Of a DNA stretch of 64,000 nucleotides, positions 24,008 through 35,959 are shown in pieces. Under the pieces are notes generated by a model that ran no database searches, was not told the DNA's origin, and saw only the letters and a list, made by a program, of their open reading frames with translations. Location of the stretch: positions 122,514,001 through 122,578,000 of the forward strand of contig CM059431.1 in the NCBI GenBank assembly GCA_030390025.1, read 5' to 3'. This DNA comes from Squalus acanthias (lineage: Eukaryota). The first letter of the stretch is position 1; the number at the start of each line of letters is the position of its first letter. Position numbers and translations under genes: made by a program.

Positions 24008-25029
24008 CCTTGGCAGCAAAATGGATTCACAGGTCTCTCCTTGCCGAGCTTCAAGGCTGCAATGAGCAGGGTGTGGCTGGGGAGCAAGTTGGCCCCCCCC
24101 GCTTTAAGAACTGGCCGGCGCCAGTGTGTCTGTGTTCCCTCGCTAACTGGCAGCACCTGCGCTGCGCTCGCGCGCTGAGTTAGCGCCTCACTGCTCAGCC
24201 TTTGCGCCTTAAGACAGGTGTGCAGCGCCTGATTTAGCGCTCCACTCACCTCCCGGGGTGGTAAAAGTGAAGTTTCCAGTCAGTGGCGATAATTAGCGCC
24301 AGGCGCTAATATTTGCGTCCAGACGATATTTGCGCCCCAAATGGGGCGCAATCTAATTTTTCCCCCTATGACTCAGCAGTAAATGCCAATGAGGCCGAAA
24401 TTCATTGCCTCCACCAGATAGGAACAAGTACTCAGATCATTGTAATCCTTTGGGAAAAAAGACCTTACTTGATTTATGCAGACATTGTTGACTTGGACAT
24501 CGCTGTATTTTTGCCAGAACTTGCTTCAAACCTTGAGGAACCTTTAGGAAGTACTGTAGAATATGGGAGTTATTTTGGACACTCAGGAAACTGTGGTTGG
24601 GGTTGTTAGGAGTCCACAAAGGAGGAGGGTATCCTTATCCTAGCTGGGCACCCTCCTTTCATAGGGAGGGGAAGACAACCTGTCTCCAGGACCTCACCTG
24701 CTCCATCGCTGTGTCACTGAATCTTAGAGCTCTAGCATGATACATTTCTTAACCCAAATTGTGAAATTGCACCAAAATTTGAAACAGAGCTAAATGACAC
24801 CTCATTTTAAGAAGTGCAAGCATACTTTAAATAGGCACCAGGCCGCCCTGAAATCCCATCCTCCAAATTGGTGAGCTGCTGAATCAATGCTGAAAATGCA
24901 TGTGAGAGTCAAATGAGGCCCAAACATCAAAATGGTTCGGTCCTCTCGTTGATGACACCAGCCTGATGTCTGCTGTAATTAACATTGGCCTAAATGCCTT
25001 TGTCTGCTATTTGAACAAAGGTGTGTGGA

Positions 25030-25460
25030 GCCTGTCTCAGTCGGTAGTCCTCTTGCCTGTGAGTTGAAGGTCTATGGATTCTAAATCACACACCCAGTAT
25101 TGAGCACATAATCTATCTCTCTATTGAAAAAGTGCTGCATTGTTGGAGATGCTGTCCTTCAGAAGAGATGTTAAACTGAGACCAATGTGCCTAGTTCAGG
25201 TGGATGTTAAAGATTCTGTGGTACTATTAAAAGTACAGCATAGGGTTTTTCTGGTGTTCTGAGCAACATTCCTACCTCAACACCACTAAAATCAAATCTC
25301 ATTACTGTTTGTGGAAATCTTGAAGTGCACAAAATAGCTGTCAGTTTTATCTACATAACGACAATCACTGCACTTCGGAGTAATTCAGTGTATGTGAAGT
25401 GCTTTGAGAACTTTATGAGAGATATGGTATGGCTCTATATATATGCAAATATTTCTTTTC
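25030..25460 (+). mobile_element. DeuSINE (SacSINE1/AmnSINE1-like), degenerate
   Basis: Deu-domain-like GTGCTGCATTGTTGGAGATGCTGTCCTTCAGAAGAGATGTTAAACTGAG..CAGGTGGATGTTAAAGAT; tail CTATATATATGCAAATATTTCTTT. Confidence 0.75.
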
Positions 25461-26689
25461 GGAGCTTGACAACTCTGGGCCGCATCTGCATTGTCAAGCA
25501 GTTTTTATGAAATTCAGTTACTGTACATGCTTTGCTGTAATTAAATACTTGTCAGTCAAGCAGTCATCAGAAATGAACCATCCGTTGGGTAGTGCATATA
25601 TCCTTTTTAAGTCTACCTGAGGATTTGCATGTTGTATCTCGAGTGCATTGGCAGGACTGTTTTTTTTATATTTCAGTAAACCCTGAGTCGCAGTTTTCTT
25701 TTGTAAAGATCTAACTTTTATGCAAACTCTTTGCAGAAAGGGAAGATTCATTGTGCATTACAAGGTTTGCAGACTTTTATGAGCAGGAATTTTGATGTTT
25801 TAATTGCAAATATAATTCTGTTTATTGAAGATATGTATATACATTTTTTTTATTAACTTGAACAGGAAAAATGTAGTCATATGAATATTATCTTTATGCT
25901 TTGTGTTCTTTAAATAATTAGAAACATTTACATGTCAAGACTGAATCATCAGAAATAATAAGCATCTTATGCAGAATTTAATGATCTATAATAATTTATT
26001 CCCACCTTTTTTAAACGCTGAGTGTTTTGAACGCACTTGAAGATCTCAGAATGATTGCTGATAGTTAATGATAATTATAGTAAGTAATTTGTTGCAGAAA
26101 GTGGTTTGTTATTATTTAAATCTGACCAATATGCAGTATTTTTATTGTGTTCAAGACTTTTTATGCAAAATTGCAGTACTTCAACAGTAAATCACGCTAC
26201 ATGTGACAAGTGTAGAAATTAGGAGGATTTGTCGAGGGTTGTCGCACATCACCAAGTCAATCCCCTAATATATGATCAATTGTGCAGTAACTGAACCTCG
26301 CCATTTGGCAATTCACTAGTTTAGCTGGGCTGTATTCTACGGTATGATTTATCTACTATTGCAATTACAAATATCATGATTTTACCTAATTCCTGTCAAT
26401 ATCTAAAACATCAACTATTGGTGATTTGACCAATGGACTGGAGGAGAAGGGGGTTCTGGGAAAGAAAAACAAATGTTTCCCCTTTGAGCTCCTCGTTGCC
26501 ATAGTTACTGTGTGGGACAAAATGTGCCTTATAGCTGACCTGAATGAAAGCCAACGAAAAGGGATAACATAATCCACGTTATTATGTGGCCTGAATTCAC
26601 GTTTTATAACAAATAAGATACAATCAATAAATCTTCAATATCTAATATTATTCTATGCTTTCTTTATTTTGAATCTAGCTACCTAAGAT

Positions 26690-27900
26690 GAATTGATCTA
26701 TACATTTCAAAAAGCTGTGTCATGCTTGACCAGCCTACAGAAATTCTTTGAAGAAATTACAGATGCCTAACCATTAGGTAGGTGTAGTTTATATTGATTT
26801 TCAAAGAGCGTTTGATAATGTACCACAGATTTATGACAAAGATAATAGTAAATTTAATTAAAGAAAATGTGGCCGCATGGAGATTGATGTTTGAAAGGTA
26901 AAAGGTAAAAGACAGATCTTTTGTCTGGAAACATGGGCGAGTGGTGTTCCACAGGTGTCTGATGGGGCCGTTGCAATTTACTAGATCCAAATGTTTTCGA
27001 CTCAGAAATAAGGAAACAATATTGAAATTTGTTGATGACACAACATTAGGGTGTATGGCAAATTGTGACAGACTGTCGGGGGACATACATAGGATAGTAG
27101 GGTGAACAGATAAGTGGCAGATGCAGCCCAATGTAGAAAATGTGAATTAATACATTTTGGAAGTGAAAATGGGAAACAAAATACACCTTAAAAGGTAAGA
27201 TTTTAAAGGGAGAAAAGGAGCAGAGGCAAATACTTCAATGGCAGCCCAAGTAGAAAAGGTCATAAAAAAGGTAAATAGAATCCTTGGTTTTGTGTCTAGA
27301 AGCATACATTATAAAACCTTAGAAATTGTACAAGATCTTACATAGGCTGCAGTTGGAATATTGGGCATTTCATTACAGGAAAGATAAAGGGGCAGTAAAC
27401 CTGTTAAGGTGCATGCCCCACTGTCGGTCTGGCAGGACTGTGGCAGAAATCAAATGGAATTAGGCTGGGACCTGAATTCTCTGGATCACGTCCTTCCCTG
27501 CTGGTTTCCCTGGGCCTTTTTGGGGCTGGAGCTTTATTTCATTAGAGCTGGGGAGATGAAGGAAGGGGTGACCCAAAGAAGGCCTTCAAAATATGATAAG
27601 ACAAATAGTGAATGATTGTTTCCATTGATCATCGATACATTTAACAAGAGAACAAACTTAAGGTAATCGCACAAAGGAGACATTACAATTAACTTGCAAA
27701 AATAGTGGTTAGAATGTGAAATTCTCTGTCACAAGGTGTAGTTGAACCCGAGAGTTCTTTTAAAAGGCAATAAGGAAGTTGGTGAAAAAGAGGAATATTA
27801 AACAGAGTGGGGAGTGAGCAGGAAAATGCGATTAGACAGGTATCTCATATGGAGAAAAACACTGGCAGATACTGCTTCATGAGCTAACTGATTTGTTTCT
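26690..27900 (+). mobile_element. Old CR1 RT/3' relic
   Basis: Decayed YIDFQRAFDNVP, KFVDDTTLG and DKWQMQ motifs. Confidence 0.7.
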
Positions 27901-27915
27901 GTGTTGGAGTATACT

Positions 27916-28787
27916 GGTTGCGATTTTGTGATCAGTGTCGGGATGGGTGCGGGACAGCTGGTTTCAGGGTTCCGGTCCCACCCTCAGCTGCCTCCGCTCC
28001 ACAGATGTGATTTTCCCTTGATTGACCTTGTTAAACCCGCCCTGCGGGCTTGCCAGCCAATTAACAGGAAGCAGGTCTGATGACATCATTTGATGACGTG
28101 TCATCTGCCAGTTTCCTTAAAGGGACCATGCACAATTTTAGTTTGACAGTTGATTTTTCAGTGCTTGACAGCATTGAGGTGCTGAAAACACTGACAGTCA
28201 CTGCACAAAGGTGAACTCTTGCACCCAGGCTCTCCATCGACTCCCTCCATATGCTGGAATAGATGGCAGCTGCAGGTGAGATGACAGAAGCGATCTGTCA
28301 CTGGTGAGAGAAGTTCTCCCAATGAGATGGCACTGGATATATAGCTGGATTTCAAAACTTGTAAGCTAAAGAAATCTGTATATGTTTTAAAAATGCAGTA
28401 ACCAACATTTTCTTTGCTCTGAAACTCAACATGTGCAACATTGCATCCTTCACACCACTTCTGCAGCTGTCATCTTTTCACAAACATCAGACCAGACTTA
28501 CAACACACCACACTTACCTGGCGTGGTGTCCGGATGTCGGGAAACCCGACCCAGAAGTGGGAAAATCCAAAAACAGGCTGAAAACTACTGACAAGTACTT
28601 GTTAATAGGCAGCTAATTGCCTTTAATCCGTTTCCCGCCGCTAGGTGTCGGGTCCATTCGCAAATCGGGGACCCGACACTTGGGAAAGCTTTTTGGAGGC
28701 AGGTTGACGGCGGGTTCGGGACCCACTGTCAATCAATAGGACTTTAAACTCTGACCCGCCTCTCTGAGCACCGGCAAAATCGCGGCC
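27916..28787. mobile_element. Non-autonomous Harbinger family D, complete
   Basis: TIRs GGTTGCGATTTTG / CAAAATCGCGGCC; ACT TSD; ends homologous to 30491-33934. Confidence 0.8.
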
Positions 28788-29541
28788 ACTGTGATTCTAT
28801 ACCTCTTAAGATCAGCAGAGGTGAAGCAGAAATATCAATGCTTATGATTTTCTGTTACCTCCATTGGCACAGAAGGCATGGCAGCTAAAAATTTGCAGCC
28901 CACTCAATGCACTTCTGTCCTAAGTCCAGTGGGACTGCAGCGGAAGGGCCAGGAATTATGCCGGCTCTTGGATCTCATGAGTTCCCGCCTACCCACCAGT
29001 TTCCATTGGCTCTTGTCAAGGGCAGAACCTTTGCCTGGCCCCAAACAAGGTCACCTGTATCACAGTGAGGGCGTGAGCAGGGGAGAGGTCGCCGAGGCTG
29101 GGCTTTCCACAGCCCCAACTTGGGAATCCGCTAAAGGGCTGGTCCACCCAATGGGGAAAGTATTCATATTTATGCCAGAATGTCATGCTTGTGGCCTTTT
29201 GGGGTCATTCAGATTGGACAGTATTAACTTGTGAGTTAATTAACAATGTTATATGTTCTATACGATGGGTAAAAAAACAGACCAATAATGGTTGATTTGG
29301 GAAGTTGAAAGTAATGTTGAACATTTAGTGAGGACTATGCACCCAAGATAAGTAATAATCTACAGCTAGCAAATATGATGTGACAAGTTGCTTGTGTTTT
29401 CAAATCAGGTAGAAAAATAATCTAAGTCAATTGTTCCCATATTGTATTTATTTAAGTGCTTTTTGTTGTTTTTCTTATTGTGAATGGTAGTCTTATGCTA
29501 TAAGAATCATAAATAGTTGGTTTGGGTTAGTTAAATTCTTT

Positions 29542-30434
29542 GGGGGAGAAATTCAGTATCGCCCCATTTGGGGCGCAATTATCGGCCGTGCGCAAAGATT
29601 AGCGCCTGGCGCTAATTATCGCCACCGACTGCAAACTTGACTTTTATCGCCCCTGGAGGTGATTGGAGCGCTAAATCAGGCGCTTCACACCTGTCTTAAG
29701 GCGCAAAGGCCGAGGAGCGAGGCGCTACCTCAGAGCGCTGGCGAAGCTCATGTAATGTCAGTCAGCAATGGAGCACACACACAATGGCACGGGCCAGTTC
29801 TTAAAGGGGATGGTTAATCTTGCTTTCCATCCACATCCTGCTCATTGCAGCCTTGAATCTCGGCCTGGAGAGACCTGCACATCAAATCTGCTGGAAAGAA
29901 CAATGGAGAGTACCAGGCAAAGAGCTCAGAGTGCAGCCCTCACAGTCTTTTCTAAATCGATACAAGGAATGGTAAATCAAAATGAACCTGCAAAGTGCTG
30001 CTTAGTACCCAAAACTCCTTCACACAACGTTGAATCTCTCCAGAAGTCTCTCTCTCTCTCTCTCAGAATGCGTAGTTCAAAAATGGCACCAACAATAAAA
30101 GGCAGGAAGCGGTCACCTTTAAATAGCACTCCCCCTTTCCCTTCATGACTGCAGAACGCTCCCCTCAACCTGTCATTGCTAGCGTCAGGCGGTAAGGCAG
30201 GGGGCGCCACTCAATATCCGCTCCGGGGCGATACCGGGGCGTTGCGCACTCCACTGACGTCACGATCTGCCGGCGCAGGAGATCGTGGCGGTAGTGTTTA
30301 GCGCTGCCGCAAAATGTCTAGTTAAGTTCGCGAGCGGCGCAAACATCGCTGAGCCCAGGCGCTAGTTGCTTTGCGCCCCATTAGCGCCCTCTTAAGGTGC
30401 TAACGGGAGGTGCAACCAACTGAATTTTTCCCCC
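29542..30434 (-). mobile_element. Non-autonomous Harbinger family A, complete
   Basis: Reverse complement of 19186-20077; TTT TSD. Confidence 0.95.
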
Positions 30435-30490
30435 TTTGTCTTCAACGCAGTTTAATAGTCCTTGCACAAAAATATAAAATTGTAGTTATT

Positions 30491-33400
30491 GGCCGCGACT
30501 TCACAAGCGGAGGCGGGATCACGGCGGGAGAGATGGTTGGTGGGTTCCAGTCATGTTCCCGGCTGCAGCCGCTCTGTAAAAAGGATTTTCCCTTAATAGG
30601 GCTTGTTAAGCCCGCCGTGTGGGGTTCCTGGCCAATTAAAAGGAAGCGGGTCTGATGACATCATTTGATGACGCGTCATCAGCCGGTTTCCTTAAAGGGA
30701 CCATGGCCGCATTCATTTTGACATTTGTGCTGTCAGTGATCTACAGCATTGAGGTGCTGCAAACACTGACAAGCACTGCACAGAAGTGCACGGCTGCACA
30801 CAGGCTCTCCCATGACTCCCTCCATATGCTTATGGAGGGAGGCACAGCACGCAAGGAGGTTCTCTTCCCTTCCAATACCGGAAGAGACCTCCCCAGGACA
30901 CCAACGCAGCCTGGTTGCACATTGCACAGAGGGCAAAAGCAGGGATGTCGTTAGAAGTATCTGGATGCAGTGGCACAAACCTTTCAATGATCTCAGTAGA
31001 TCATGAAACGTTACTGCAAAACCACACTCAACCTCATCCTGCTGTGCCACTCATCACATCCCCATCACTCTGCCTTCCCTACCCTACTCCTGCACATCCT
31101 TACTCACACCAACTTACCTTGCACCTCCACCCATCCCTCTCTATCTAATATCACTTCCCCATTTCACTAGCCACCCCTCACACTGTAGAATTCGCAAAAT
31201 TATCGCGATTTTATAAAATAAGAAGGAGACATAAAGTTTCGTACAAACAGCTTTATTTCAGCAGAATGCTGTCAGGTTTTCAAAGCGGACACAAACAGCC
31301 TGTAAAATGGCCGCCACGCCTCGTGGCAGAACGTTCTAGACTTTCAATGAGCAGACAAGATGGCGTTCCAATAAACATTTGTGCAAGATCGTACAGGACT
31401 CAGCACATTTGAGATAATTGATAAGACATAATGGGTTTGCATTTTATACATAAATACTGGAATCGGTCTCCCAGGTGCGAATAAGGGCTATTGTACCGAG
31501 CGATCAAGGACCCATCCAAAGACATTAATATGCAAAATCCCCACGACTCTACGATGAGAGAGCCGTTTGCGGGTAGTTACAGAAAGCATTTGGAAGCCCC
31601 AAAACCCCTCCAGGGAGACTACTAGCCGGTTCCACAATGGGAGAAGTATTAACGGGTACTCAGACAGTTACAAGTATCACCGAAACCCATTAAAGACGGA
31701 GATCACCCTATACAAGAAGTTTGAGCTCCAAAACCCTGACAAAAGATAGACATTAAGATTGGGCGGGAAAAGAGGAATTACAGCACTATAACTGTAAGGT
31801 ACAACCGTCCATCTGTCTCTTGTTTTCTCTTGCCTCTTGCCTTGTTGCTCTTGTCTCTTGCCACCTGCCTCTTGCTGCTCTTGCTGTTTTGACTCGCTGG
31901 AAGCCTATTGAACTTTTATTCTCTTGCCTGACGGTTCTGGACTCTGATCCGCTAGGATCAACCTCGTGGCTTGCCGCGAAGATCTGTGTAGAACTGGGCT
32001 GTGAGGCCTTGAAACGGGCACACCATCCCGAGAAGTCGGTAAACGGTGTTGGAACCGAAGCCCCGAGATGAGATGAGATGAGATGAGATGAGATGAGAAG
32101 AGAAGAAGACGACAATACGTATCGCCACGGTCAGTAAGCCCCGACCGCGCCTGTAAGTCGAATAAACACTTTCCTTGCCCAGGAAGACCATTCTTTGAGT
32201 TTTACAAACTGGTGAGGGCACAGGAAGACTCTTTCTTCGAGTAGTATTGGAACTCCGAGGACAACACAGTTCTTCATGACAGCAGACGGTCCAGCCTGCT
32301 AGCCGGAGCAGAAGCGAGTAAACAAGTGGGGTACAGAGACCCCTGATCAACACGTGGATAGTCAGGTGCTGCGGTAAAAACATCCGAGCAGAGTTTCGGA
32401 ATTCTCCGAGTTATCACGAGTGGTGAGCATGAGTCTCGATCCTACAAATCTAGTTTAGGACAGGTATTGATAGGGGAGGATAATTGAGTTTTAAGGATAA
32501 TTGTAATGTGTGCCCCCTTTTACGATGTGTCGTGCGCTCCTCGTTTCCCTAAAATTAGTTCCATAACTGTGTGTAAGATTGTACTGTCATTAATCTGTGC
32601 TTATGACATGTATCTCGTAATCTTGAATAATATGCAATAAAGATTTTCCATTTCGCACTATTCAACCGGGTCTACCTGAGTTTTCCCTGCATTATTGCTC
32701 TCGCACCTAAGTCCAGTGTCAGAACCGTAAGGGCGAGTGGGTCGAACCACTCACAGGTGTCTAGTGTTACCAGGCTGGCTGGAGACCAGAACAGGCAACA
32801 AGGCCTAACCTCGCACTAGCACCTAGGCTAAGCACAGAGCCGCAGGTCACCCCTTACAACACTCACCCTCATCCTAGTGCAATAATACCAACTAACAACA
32901 CACAAGGGTAGGCACTTGGGTGTTTTATGCAATGTTTATGTGAATTTTCTGTTAATGTGTTGTCAAACATTGAAATCTTTATTTTCAACACTTTGCCTTA
33001 TTGTACAGATCTGTGCTCAGCTTTGGAAGTGTCTTAGTGAGTTGCAGTGAATGGTGAGACATAACGGTATCTCCTGCAATGGTGATGACTGTGAAAGGAA
33101 TAGCTTGGGCATTGTAGGAATGCTTTATGGTGTTGGTGTGGGGTGGTGTTAACCTGGCGCATCATGTGGCAGCCATGGTGTACAGCGTCAAGTGAAGATA
33201 ATCTGGCCATGGTGATGTCATCGCTGGCCTCCCGGGCAGCAATGTGGTCGGGTTCTGATGCCCTGTGTCCTGTGCAGCATCAGGTGATTGCAGAGAAGGT
33301 TGGTGTTGTTGTTAGTGTGCCTGGTGATGTTGGTGTTGGGGCTGATCGTGGAGGGATTCTGAGGACCAAAGTGAGCTTTTTTCAAGGGCACCGATGTTGC

Positions 33401-33934
33401 TGCAATAGATGGCAGCTAAAGTTGAGATGACAGAAGCGATCGGTCAATAGTGAGAGAGCTTGCTCCAAGGAGGTGACAGTGGATAGAGAGTTTACCCCAA
33501 ACACTTCCAAACTGCATACAGCTGAAAAGTGTCTTCCAAGTCCTGAAGGCTCAAGCTTCTGACATTGGAAAGTAACCAGCTGTGAAATGGTAGCTTTCAT
33601 ACCACTTTCGCAGCTCTCACCTATTCACAGCAGTGTGGAGACATAGAAAACCCGACCTACTTACCTGACATGATCTCCGAATGACGTGAACCCCGTTAAA
33701 AATGTGGTAAAATAGAAAAAGTCTGGCAAAACAAGCACTTAACAAGCAGTTAAGTATCTTAAATGCCTCCCCCACTGCTTGGTGTCGGGTCTGTTCTGAA
33801 ATCGCTGACCCGACACTCTGGAAACTTACATGGAGGTGGGTTCACAGTGGATTCCCAGCCCGCTTTCAATCATTTCAATTTTGAGAGGGACCCGCCTCCA
33901 AACCCGCACTCTGAGCGCTGGCATAATTCAGTCC
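30491..33934. mobile_element. Harbinger family D deletion derivative split by a solo LTR
   Basis: Degenerate TIRs; Myb exon 1 relic at about 30780-31005 (+); transposase C-terminal relic HIAAREASDDITMAR at about 33200-33250 (-). Confidence 0.7.
31184..32858 (+). repeat. Solo LTR, 1675 bp
   Basis: TGTAGAA...CCTTACA; ACAC TSD; ATTGG and GGGCGG at 31758-31766, TATAA 31787, AATAAA 32636. Confidence 0.9.
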
Positions 33935-34425
33935 AAAGAAGTAGAGGCATGATTTGAAAACATCTCATTTTTCCCAAGCTGTCACATCTCAGCCATGTTT
34001 AATATTTTCTGCTCTTTTATCCCAATTTATTCATATCCTGAAGGCACTGCCTCCTTGTTGTGGTACAGTTCTATGGGAGCCAGCAGTATGTAAGACTTGA
34101 CATTGAGTGTTGGCAGGCTGTGTGCATCACAAATGAATCAATCGTGTCCTCATCTGACAACCACAAACATGTACTTCCGAGCAGGGGTCACTGATCAATG
34201 TTGAGGATTCGCTGCCTAGTTCTCCTCACTTGCCAAGCTCATCGCATGCACTGAGGTCATTTTATAGAACAGAACAGGGATCAAACCTGGGATGTTTCTG
34301 GCGTGTAACAGAAAAGCCCTGCAGACATGTTGAAAGTAGTGAAATTTGATAAGGTTTGTCACTGATTTGGAATGGGACATCAAGAAACGTTCTGAGGTGC
34401 CTTCCCCACAACAGTATAGAATTAA

Positions 34426-35318
34426 GGGGGAAAAATTCAGTCGCGCCCCGATTGGGGCGCAAATATCGTCCAGGCGCAAAAATTAGCGCCTGGCGCTAAT
34501 TATCGCCACTGACTGGAAACTTCACTTTTATCGACCCCTGAGGTGATTGGAGTGCTAAATCAGGCGCTTCACACCTGTCTTAAGGCGCAAAGGCCGAGGA
34601 GCGAGGCGCTTCCTCAGAGCGCTGGCGAAGCTCATGTAATGTCAGTCAGCAATGGAACACACACACAATGGCACGGGCCAGTTCTTAAAGGGGATGGTTA
34701 ATCTTGCTTTCCATTCACATCCTACTCATTGCAGCCTTGAATCTTGGCCTGGAGAGACCTGCACATCAAATCTGCTGGAAAGAACAATGGAGAGTACGAG
34801 GCAAAGAGCTCAGAGTGCAGCCCCCACAGTCTCTCCTAAATCGATACAAGGAATGGCAAATCAAAATGAACCTGCAAAGTGCTGCTCAGTACCCAAAACT
34901 CCTTCACACAACTTTGAATCTCTCCAGAAGTCTCTCTCTCTCTCTCTCAGAATGCATAGTTCAAAAATGGCACCAACAATAAAAGGCAGGAAGCGGTCAC
35001 CTTTAAATAGCGCTCCCCCTTTCCCTTCATGACTGCAGAACGCTCCCTTCAACCTGTCATTGCTAGCGTCAGGCGGTAAGGCAGGGGGCGCCACTCAATA
35101 TCCACTCCGGGGCGATACCGGGGCGTTGCGCACTCGACTGATGTCACGATCTGCCGGCGCAGGAGATCGTGGCGGTAGTGTTTAGCACCGCCGCAAAATG
35201 TCTAGTTAATTTCGCGAGCGGCGCAAACTTCGCCGCGCCCGGGCGCTAGTTGCTTTGCGCCCCATTAGCGCCCTCTTAAGGCGCTAACGGGAGGCGCAAC
35301 CAACTGAATTTTTCCCCC
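34426..35318 (-). mobile_element. Non-autonomous Harbinger family A, complete
   Basis: TIRs GGGGGAAAAATTCAG / CTGAATTTTTCCCCC; TAA TSD. Confidence 0.95.
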
Positions 35319-35959
35319 TAAATCTTTAGAGACTAAAATAATACTTAAATAGATGGTTCTCCAAACTTGTTGCATAATAAATTACGTATTTCTTAATAGA
35401 ATGCCGATTTCTCTAATTTTTTTCACGGACCATAGCTCACATAGTTTCATGTCTGAAGGCCACGATCAAAAATGCCACAAAATTCGCAGGTGTGACCAAA
35501 ATCTTGGACAAAAAAAGGGGCTTTTGAGCTGGGTCTTAAGAAGGAGAGGGAGGTGAAAAGGCAGAGTAATTCCAGAGTGTGGGGCTTAGGTGGCTGAATA
35601 ACAGCTGCCAAAGGTATGTTGAGGGGGTGGGGGAGGGAAATGCACAGGTAGACAGAGCCACATTGGCCAGTGGGAATGGTATGAACGGAGAGGGGTAAGA
35701 TGGTAGGGTGAAGGTCAGGGATTTAAGGATATGGTTGGTAGTAGAGAAAAGAAGCCAGGGATTATTTTAATAATAGCTTTGTTTAAATTTTTTAATGTGG
35801 TATATGGACTGCTTCCTAATAACATTCCTTTGCCTTCTCTGATCCATGAAGAGATCGGAAAGGTATGCGAGAACAGGAAATGTATTTGAATGGGAGATTT
35901 CAATCAACCAGATATAAACCGAGAAAACCCAAGTTGTTTGTAGTCACATTTGGAAGATG

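Larger units (their letters stand above)
20096..24366 (+). mobile_element. Full-length two-gene PIF/Harbinger transposon (family A)
   Basis: TIRs GGGGTAAAAATT / AATTTTTCCCCC; TAT TSD; transposase on + and Myb/SANT gene on -, convergent. Confidence 0.95.

Noticed and set aside
29768..30148. Recurrent MEHTHNG.. ORF (also 34652, 19651, 3036)
   Set aside because: Recurs only because the MITE is multicopy; length varies with indels; no recognisable domain
31185..31749. Accessory-gene ORFs in LTR U3
   Set aside because: The 75-codon frame at the LTR start is not preserved in the diverged LTR at 39956; the 60-aa ORF recurs only in the near-identical copy
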